64,000 nucleotides of DNA from an uncultured Solirubrobacterales bacterium (GTDB taxonomy: Bacteria; Actinomycetota; Thermoleophilia; Solirubrobacterales; 70-9), in assembly GCA_963746615.1 (NCBI GenBank), contig CAVVBU010000017.1, forward strand, positions 27,404 through 91,403. The letters run 5' to 3'. Below are positions 57,946 to 64,000 of the stretch, piece by piece. The position numbers and the translations under genes are program-made. Each line of letters starts with the position of its first letter. The stretch's first letter is position 1. The notes under the pieces were generated by a model. It was not told the DNA's origin and made no database searches. It saw nothing but the letters and a program-made list of their open reading frames with translations.

Positions 57946-58401
57946 CTAGCGCGGATCCCAGGCTTCTGCCGGCTCGCTCAGCTTCTTGACGGCTGCGGGC
58001 AGCTTGCCCGAGACGACGTCGGCCAGGGTCACCACGTCGAGTACGGAGCGCACGTTGGTGCGCAGTGCGACCCAGACTCGCTGCAGCGGCTCGGCCTCGC
58101 CGCCGTATTCGAGCGACTCGGGCCCCTGCCCGCGAACGGTGGCCAGGGGGCCGTCGACGGCCCGGATGATGTCCGCGATCGTCACCTCCTTCGCCGGCCT
58201 CGCCAGCCAATAGCCGCCATCGATGCCCCGCCGGCTGGCGACGATCCGGGCATGCTTGAGCTCGGCCAGGATGTTCTCGAGGAACTTGACCGGGATCTCC
58301 TGCGCCTCGGCGATCGCGTCGCCCTTGACGGGGCCCTCCCCTCGCGCGGCCAGCTCCACCGCCGCCCGGACGGCGTAGTCCGCCTTCGCAGAGATGCGCA
58401 C
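57946..58401 (-). CDS. Rrf2 family transcriptional regulator
   Basis: From GTG at 58401: [69 protein letters not shown]. This is an Rrf2 winged helix. No Cys triad is evident, so it looks like a non-Fe-S (CymR-like) type. Confidence 0.85.
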   Translation of the reverse strand: MRISAKADYAVRAAVELAARGEGPVKGDAIAEAQEIPVKFLENILAELKHARIVASRRGIDGGYWLARPAKEVTIADIIRAVDGPLATVRGQGPESLEYGGEAEPLQRVWVALRTNVRSVLDVVTLADVVSGKLPAAVKKLSEPAEAWDPR

Positions 58402-58508
58402 GTACCGATTGATTGCACATCCGACGCTGCCGTGACGCCCGCAGCCTCGCGTCTGAGCGGGAAATGCCCGCTCTGACGGGTCGTGGGGCGTAGAGTCCTC
58501 GGCGCCGG

Positions 58509-59546
58509 ATGTCGATCGATCAACCCTCGCGGCAGCCTCCACCCGAGCCCTCCGACGGGACCTTGGACCTCGCGCGGCGGGCCGCCAAGGGCGCCCTGCG
58601 GCTGCCCTTCCGGCTGGTCGGCGCCGCCGCTGAGCGGGTGACGGCGCAGCTGGTCGAGCAGCGGGTCATCGACCGGGTGGCGGCCGAGATGATCGAGGGT
58701 GGCGTGCCGCAACGCGTCCTGGACCAGGTGCTGGAGAGCCGGGTGCCCGAGGACGTGATCGATCGCCTGCTGGCGGAGGAGGTGGCGACGCGGGTGGTGC
58801 AGCGCGCCCTCGATTCGCCGGGTGTGGAGCCGGCAGCGACCGAGGTGATCGACAGCCGGTTGGTCGACGAGCTCACCGACAGGGTGCTGGCGAGCGACGA
58901 GCTGCAGCGGACGGTCGAGCAGATCGCCAACTCACCCGAGGTTCGCAATGCGCTCGCCCGCCAGGGCGTCGGCATGCTCCAGGACGTTGGCCGGCAGGTC
59001 AGCGTTCTCGCCAGGCGTCTCGACGGGGCGGTCGAGCGACCGTTCCGGTGGCTCTTCCGCCGCGGCCGCCGCGCCGTGCAGCCGCCGCAGGCGGGCGCCG
59101 TCTCGCGCCTCCTGGCTGTGGCCGTCGATGCGCTGATCGTCAACACGATCTTGTTCATCGGCGCAGCGGCGCTGGCGCTCGTGATCGACTTCTTTGGCGG
59201 CTCGGCCTCCGAGCCCAGCGAGTACGCGGTGGTGGCGGGCGGTCTCGTTTGGCTGCTCGCCGCCGGCCTCTACCTGATCATCTTCTGGACCCTGACCGGC
59301 CAGACGCCCGGGATGAGGTTCCTGCGCATCCGCGTGCAGGAGCTCGACGGCTCCGGCCTCAGCCTCGGCGACTCCATCCGGCGCCTCTTCGGGCTCCTCG
59401 TGGCAGCCCTTCCCCTCTTCCTCGGCTACCTCCCGGTGCTCACGAACGACCGCCGCCGCGGCTGGCAGGACCGCATCGGCCGCACCGAGGTCCTCTACGT
59501 AGAGCCAGACCCGAACGTCGCCGGCCTCCTCCCGCGAAGGACCTGA
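58509..59546 (+). CDS. RDD family membrane protein with long N-terminal helical region
   Basis: The C-terminal third, RLLAVAVDALIVNTILF ... TPGMRFLRIRV ... RRGWQDRIGRTEVLY, is the RDD domain. The N-terminal ~190 aa are Val/Glu/Arg-rich with repeated VIDR.. motifs. Confidence 0.75.
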   Translation: MSIDQPSRQPPPEPSDGTLDLARRAAKGALRLPFRLVGAAAERVTAQLVEQRVIDRVAAEMIEGGVPQRVLDQVLESRVPEDVIDRLLAEEVATRVVQRALDSPGVEPAATEVIDSRLVDELTDRVLASDELQRTVEQIANSPEVRNALARQGVGMLQDVGRQVSVLARRLDGAVERPFRWLFRRGRRAVQPPQAGAVSRLLAVAVDALIVNTILFIGAAALALVIDFFGGSASEPSEYAVVAGGLVWLLAAGLYLIIFWTLTGQTPGMRFLRIRVQELDGSGLSLGDSIRRLFGLLVAALPLFLGYLPVLTNDRRRGWQDRIGRTEVLYVEPDPNVAGLLPRRT

Positions 59547-59590
59547 ACGGCCGCTCTTTCGCCGATGGCGTCTGGCCGGCGGAGGAACAT

Positions 59591-60505
59591 GTGTTCGTGT
59601 ACCGAAAGGACAGGGAGAGAGCGGAGGCGCGCCGACTCCGCGCACAGGGGGCATCGTTGAGGGAGATTGCGCATGACCTCGGCGTCGCTCTGAGCTCGGC
59701 AAGCACATGGGTCCGTGACGTCTCGGTCCTTCAGCGGGCTCCGCAAGAGGATCCCCCTCCTCCTCGGCATCCGAAGTCGACGAAGGTGGAACCTAGGCGC
59801 CGCTGCGGTTGCTGCGGGCGATCGCTCCCTGAGTCCTCATTCAACGTTCACCCAAAGGGTCGGCAATGGTGGTGCCGCGAGTGCTATCGGGCTTACTTCA
59901 AGGAGCGCGGAGAGCTCCACCGCCGGCAATCAGCGGCTGCGAAACGCAGGCGCGTGCTGGTTGCCCGCCGTTTCATCCAGGACTATCGGCGCGACCATGG
60001 TTGTGTGGACTGTGACGAGTCAGACCCGATGGTGCTGGAGTTCGACCACATCGGCAAGAAGACCGCGGGGCTATCGGTTCTCATCAACAAGGGAGCCTCG
60101 AAGAGCGCCCTAGAGCGCGAACTTCAGGAATGTGAGGTCGTCTGCGTCAACTGTCATCGGCGGCGAACGGGGCGCCGTGCCAAGTGGCGACGCGCCACGA
60201 AACAGTGGTGGAGAACCGAGCCGCCGAAGCGGTATGAAACGGCGCGCAATTTCGCCTATGCGTACAGCCACCTCGAGCGCTCACCGTGTTGCGACTGCGG
60301 GGAGTCGGACATCTGCGTCTTGGATTTCGATCACGTTGGACTCAAGACCGGAAGAGTCACCAAGCTCGCCCGCGAAGGTGTCGGCTTGGCACGCCTAATC
60401 GAGGAAATCTCCAATTGCGAGGTCCGCTGCGCGAACTGCCATCGGCGCCGGACTCTGCACGAGAGCGCCAAGGGGCGAGGAGTCCCCGCTCGGACCCCTG
60501 GCTAA
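59591..60505 (+). CDS. HTH domain + Cys4 zinc ribbon + two tandem HNH-type nuclease-like modules
   Basis: GTG at 59591 after GGAGGA. ARRLRAQGASLREIAHDLGVALSSASTWVRDV is HTH-like. CGCCGRS..WWCRECY is a zinc ribbon. Two modules follow: C(V/C)DC(D/G)ESD..VL(E/D)FDH(I/V)G.KT......L...G.....L..E(L/I)..CEV.C.NCHRRRT. Confidence 0.7.
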   Translation: MFVYRKDRERAEARRLRAQGASLREIAHDLGVALSSASTWVRDVSVLQRAPQEDPPPPRHPKSTKVEPRRRCGCCGRSLPESSFNVHPKGRQWWCRECYRAYFKERGELHRRQSAAAKRRRVLVARRFIQDYRRDHGCVDCDESDPMVLEFDHIGKKTAGLSVLINKGASKSALERELQECEVVCVNCHRRRTGRRAKWRRATKQWWRTEPPKRYETARNFAYAYSHLERSPCCDCGESDICVLDFDHVGLKTGRVTKLAREGVGLARLIEEISNCEVRCANCHRRRTLHESAKGRGVPARTPG

Positions 60506-60514
60506 GCTGCCGGG

Positions 60515-60588
60515 GCCGCCGTAGCTCAATCGCTTAGAGCGTTCGCCTTTTAAGTGAAAAGATGTGGGTTGGAGTCCCACCGGCGGCA
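60515..60588 (+). tRNA. tRNA-Lys (anticodon UUU) with non-canonical D-loop/T-loop
   Basis: GCCGCCG-TA-GCTC-AATCGCTTA-GAGC-G-TTCGC-CTTTTAA-GTGAA-AAGAT-GTGGG-TTGGAGT-CCCAC-CGGCGGC-A is a full cloverleaf with anticodon TTT. The D-loop lacks GG (it has G18 C19), and the T-loop reads TTG rather than TTC. Confidence 0.8.
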
Positions 60589-60596
60589 CTCAAACT

Positions 60597-62255
60597 TCAG
60601 TGCCGGAAGTGGCGGCGCTTGGTGAAGACCATGGCGATGCCGGCCGAGTCGCAGGCCTCGATCACCTCGGCGTCGCGCTTGGAGCCGCCCGGTTGGATGA
60701 TCGAGTTGGCGCCCGCCTCGATCGCGGCCCGAGGGCCGTCGGCGAAGGGGAAGAAGGCGTCCGAGGCGACAGCCGAGCCGGCCAGCGACTGCTCCGCGTC
60801 AGGGCCTCGCGCCTCGCGCGCCTTCTTCACCGCCAGCTCGACCGAGTCCACTCTGCTCATCTGCCCGGCGCCGATGCCCAGGGTCGCGCGGTCGCGCGCG
60901 AGCACGATTGCGTTGGAGCGCACGTGGCGCACCACGCGCCAGGCGAAGAGCAGGTCGGCCCACTGGCCCTCGCTCGGCTGCGTCTCGGTCACGACCTCCA
61001 TCAGCTCGCGCTGCTCCGGCCCGCCGTCGGGGTCCTGCACCAGCAGCCCTCCCCGGACCCGCTTCGTGTCCGGCTCGAACTGGTACGTGCGCCGCTCGCT
61101 GTCCTCGAAGATCCGGATCGCCTCCTTCCGCTGCAGGATCTCGAGCGCGCCGGCCTCGTACTCCGGCGCGATCAGCACCTCGATGAACTGCTCGTGCAGC
61201 AGCTCGGCCAGGCCCCGATCCACCGCGCGGCTGAGCGCGACTACCCCGCCGAAGGCGGAAAGCGGATCGCAGGCCAGCGCCCGCTCGTACGCCTCGCCGA
61301 TCCCATCCGCCTCGGCCGCCCCGCAGGGGTTGTTGTGCTTGACGATCACGCAGGCCGGCCCCTCCAGGTCGGTGAGCAGCCGCTGCGCCGAGTCGAGATC
61401 GAGCACATTGTTGAAGGAGAGCGGCCTGCCGCGCAGCTTCGCCATGCGCGAGAGCACGTGCGACCGCACCCCCGCCTCAACGTAGAGCGCGGCGCGCTGA
61501 TGCGGGTTCTCGCCATAGGCCAGGTCCAGCTCCTTCTCCCAGGCGGTGACCCAGTGCTCGGGGAACTGCTCGTATCGCCGCGCGAACCAGCGGCTGATCG
61601 CCGCGTCGTAGCGCGAGGTGCAGGCGAAGGCCTCGTTGGCCAGCCAGTGCCGCGTCTGCGCCGAGAGCTCTCCGGTGTCGGCGAGCTCGCCAAGCACAGC
61701 GTCGTAGCTCTCCGGCCGCACCACCACCGCGACGTAGCGATGGTTCTTCGCCGCCGCCCTGATCATCGTCGGTCCGCCGATGTCGATGTTCTCGATCGCC
61801 TCCTCCTCGGGGACGTCGATTCGGGCGACCGTGCGCTCGAACGGATAGAGGTTCACGCAGACCAGGTCGATCGGCTCGATGCCCAGCTCCTCGAGCTTGG
61901 CGGCGTGCTCGGGATCGTCCCGCTTGGCCAGCAGCGCGGCGTGCACGTGAGGGTGCAGCGTCTTCACCCGCCCCTCGAGGATCTCGGGGAAGCCCGTCAG
62001 CTCCTCGATCCCCCGAGCCTCGATGCCCGCGTCCCGCAGGACCTCCAGCGTCCCCCCGGTCGAGATCAGCTCCACGCCGAGCCGGGCGAGCCCCGAGGCA
62101 AAGTCGGCCACCGCCGTCTTGTCGGCCACCGAGATCAGGGCGCGCCGCACGGGCAGGGCCTCGCCGCCTGGGTCTGGCGCTGTTTCGGAGGTGGGAGTCG
62201 TCGACAAGGCGCTGGGGAGAGTCCGGAGCGCCGAGTCTACGTGGCCGGCGCTCAA
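60597..62255 (-). CDS. purH: bifunctional AICAR transformylase / IMP cyclohydrolase
   Basis: RRALISVADKTAVADFASGLARLGVELISTGGT ... GRVKTLHP ... C-terminal IIQPGGSKRDAEVIEACD..GIAMVFTKRRHFRH. The true start may be internal to the 552-aa ORF. Confidence 0.92.
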   Translation of the reverse strand: MSAGHVDSALRTLPSALSTTPTSETAPDPGGEALPVRRALISVADKTAVADFASGLARLGVELISTGGTLEVLRDAGIEARGIEELTGFPEILEGRVKTLHPHVHAALLAKRDDPEHAAKLEELGIEPIDLVCVNLYPFERTVARIDVPEEEAIENIDIGGPTMIRAAAKNHRYVAVVVRPESYDAVLGELADTGELSAQTRHWLANEAFACTSRYDAAISRWFARRYEQFPEHWVTAWEKELDLAYGENPHQRAALYVEAGVRSHVLSRMAKLRGRPLSFNNVLDLDSAQRLLTDLEGPACVIVKHNNPCGAAEADGIGEAYERALACDPLSAFGGVVALSRAVDRGLAELLHEQFIEVLIAPEYEAGALEILQRKEAIRIFEDSERRTYQFEPDTKRVRGGLLVQDPDGGPEQRELMEVVTETQPSEGQWADLLFAWRVVRHVRSNAIVLARDRATLGIGAGQMSRVDSVELAVKKAREARGPDAEQSLAGSAVASDAFFPFADGPRAAIEAGANSIIQPGGSKRDAEVIEACDSAGIAMVFTKRRHFRH

Positions 62256-62869
62256 GGCCTCAGCCAGACCACGCGCCCGCCGCCCGGATCGACGTTGACG
62301 CGATCCGAGGCGATCATCCTGATCGCCTCGGGAAGCAGAACGTGCTCGGTGCGGTGGATCGCGTCCTCCAGCTCGTCGCGGTCGCGGCTCGGCGGCACCG
62401 GGATCGCCCTCTGCAGGATGATCGGCCCCGAGTCCACCCCCTCGTCGACGAAGTGGACCGTCACCCCGGTCACCTTCACCCCGTGTTCAAGCGCTTGCCC
62501 GATCGCGTCCAGCCCCGGGAAGGAGGGCAGCAGCGCCGGGTGCACGTTGACGATCCGGTTGGGGAACCTCTTCACGAACTCGGGCGAGAGCAGCTGCATG
62601 TAGCCGGCGAGGACGATCAGCTCGGCGCCGGTTCCCTCGAGCCACTCGGCCATCGCCTGATCGCGCGCGGGACGATCCCCGTCGCCGGCGGCCGGGAAGG
62701 CGGCGGTCTCGACGCCCGCGGCCGCTGCTCGCTCCAGCGCCTGCGCTCCCGGCTTGTCGGAGGCGACGCCGACGACCTCGATCCCGTCCCGCCCGTGGAG
62801 CTGGTCGAGGATCGCCTGCAGATTGGTTCCGGTGCCCGAGGCGAGAACGGCGACGCGAAACGCGGTCAA
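62252..62869 (-). CDS. purN: phosphoribosylglycinamide formyltransferase
   Basis: RVAVLASGTGTNLQAILD ... IVLAGYMQLL ... IVNVHPALLPSFPG ... GVTVHFVDEGVDSGPII. Confidence 0.92.
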   Translation of the reverse strand: MTAFRVAVLASGTGTNLQAILDQLHGRDGIEVVGVASDKPGAQALERAAAAGVETAAFPAAGDGDRPARDQAMAEWLEGTGAELIVLAGYMQLLSPEFVKRFPNRIVNVHPALLPSFPGLDAIGQALEHGVKVTGVTVHFVDEGVDSGPIILQRAIPVPPSRDRDELEDAIHRTEHVLLPEAIRMIASDRVNVDPGGGRVVWLRP

Positions 62870-64000
62870 CGGCCCCCGGCGGGAACCACGTCGATCTCCT
62901 CGAGGGCGAACTTGCCGTTCGCCGACTCGGGATCGCCGAGGGGATACTCCCCGGTGAAGCAGGCGTCGCAGTGGACCTCCCGCGGGGTCCCGACCGCCTC
63001 GTAGACGGCGTCCATGGACAGATAGGCGAGCGAGTCCGCGTCGAGCTCGGCCGCCACCTCCTTGATCGTGCGGCGGTGGGCGATCATCTCCTCGCTCGTC
63101 GACATGTCGATCCCGTAGTGGCAGGGATGGCGGATCGGCGGCGAGGAGATCCGCAGGTGCACCTCCTTGGCGCCGGCGTCGCGCAGCATGGCGACGATCT
63201 GCCGGGTGGTGTTGCCGCGCACGATCGAGTCGTCCACGACCACCACCCGCTTGCCGGCGACGATCTGGGGCAGCGGGTTGAACTTCAATCGCAGACCGTG
63301 CTTGCGAAGCTCCTGTCCGGGCTGGATGAAGGTGCGCGCCACGTAGCGGTTCTTGATCAGGCCGTCGTCCTTGGGCAGCCCCGAGGCGCGGGCGAAGCCG
63401 TTCGCCGCCGGGTTGCCCGAGTCCGGGACGGAGATCACCAGGTCAGCCTCCACCGGCGCCTCCTCCCAGAGCAGCTCGCCCATCCGCCCCCGAACCTCCT
63501 GCAGGGTGCGATTCTCGAGCTTCGAGTCGGGCCGGGAGAAGTAGATGTGCTCGAACACGCACATGGCAGGCCGCTCGCCCTCGATCACCCGCCGCATCTC
63601 GAGCCCGTCGGCCGTCAGCGAGACCATCTCGCCCGGCTGCACCTCGCGGATCAGCTGCGCGCCGATGATGTCGAAAGCGCAGCTCTCCGAGGCGACCACG
63701 AAGCGGTCGTCCAGCTTGCCCAGCGCCAGCGGCCGCACCCCGTGCGGGTCGCGGAAGGCGACGACCGCGTGCTTGGTCATCACCACAGTCGAGTAGGCGC
63801 CCTCCAGCCGCGGCATCACCTGGGCGACGGCATCCTCGATGTAGTGGTCGCCCTCGCCCGCCGTGCTCGAGATCAGCGCCGCCATGATCTCCGAGTCCGA
63901 GGTCCCGCGCAGCTTTACCCCCCGCTCGCGCAGCTCGTTGTAGAGCTCGACCGCGTTGGTCAGGTTGCCATTGTGGGCGAGCGCCAGCTCCCGCCCGTCG
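62866..64000 (-). CDS. purF: amidophosphoribosyltransferase (C-terminal ~378 aa; N-terminus beyond window end)
   Basis: The frame is open to the window edge (..DGRELALAHNGNLTNAVELYNELRERG..). PRTase motif VVVVDDSIVRGNT and C-terminal Cys cluster HCDACFTGEYP. The tracked ORF start at 63885 is only an internal Met. Confidence 0.9.
   Translation of the reverse strand, partial: DGRELALAHNGNLTNAVELYNELRERGVKLRGTSDSEIMAALISSTAGEGDHYIEDAVAQVMPRLEGAYSTVVMTKHAVVAFRDPHGVRPLALGKLDDRFVVASESCAFDIIGAQLIREVQPGEMVSLTADGLEMRRVIEGERPAMCVFEHIYFSRPDSKLENRTLQEVRGRMGELLWEEAPVEADLVISVPDSGNPAANGFARASGLPKDDGLIKNRYVARTFIQPGQELRKHGLRLKFNPLPQIVAGKRVVVVDDSIVRGNTTRQIVAMLRDAGAKEVHLRISSPPIRHPCHYGIDMSTSEEMIAHRRTIKEVAAELDADSLAYLSMDAVYEAVGTPREVHCDACFTGEYPLGDPESANGKFALEEIDVVPAGGR

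Overview
High-GC (roughly 70%) actinobacterial-type chromosomal segment. The gene content suggests a deep-branching Actinomycetota lineage such as Thermoleophilia, but that is inference only. Most long Arg/Pro/Gly-rich ORFs in the six-frame track are shadow frames of the real genes.

Layout:
(1) 1-12.2 kb: glycan/exopolysaccharide cluster with GT2 and GT4 glycosyltransferases, a Gfo/Idh/MocA oxidoreductase, a pyruvyl transferase, two SAM methyltransferases and a Wzx-type flippase.
(2) 12.2-21.8 kb: mixed enzymes and transporters, including a PQQ-type sugar dehydrogenase, DUF3105, hydrolases, metF, an MFS pump, SRPBCC, VOC and MBL-fold proteins.
(3) 21.8-25.0 kb: tRNA-Ala(CGC), a Pro/Glu-rich disordered protein, glutamate dehydrogenase and tRNA-Ala(UGC).
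(4) 25.0-30.4 kb: accessory-looking patch of small genes containing a repeated intergenic element and gene-end fragments.
(5) 30.5-40 kb: esterase, a DUF294 nucleotidyltransferase plus DnaQ-like exonuclease pair, and cell-envelope proteins.
(6) 40-49.9 kb: lipA, lipB, 2-oxoacid dehydrogenase E2/E1beta/E1alpha, a DsbA-like gene, lpd and thiE.
(7) 49.9-52.2 kb: TPP riboswitch followed by thiO-thiS-thiG.
(8) 52.2-64 kb: radical SAM protein, sulfate ABC transporter (sbp-cysTWA), an Rrf2 regulator, an RDD protein, an HTH plus tandem-HNH protein, tRNA-Lys(UUU) and purH-purN-purF.

I found no CRISPR array, transposase, integrase or recognisable defence system.

The two most notable observations are:
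(a) A cassette-like array next to tRNA-Ala(UGC), in which unrelated small ORFs sit between conserved 5' and 3' fragments of a SnoaL-like gene and share a roughly 110-bp upstream element.
(b) A very large number of single-nucleotide indels that break otherwise well-conserved genes, extremely dense at 50.7-52.5 kb. These look more like assembly or basecalling errors than ancient pseudogenes, but that needs read-level checking.

All frameshift positions are approximate and were found by eye.
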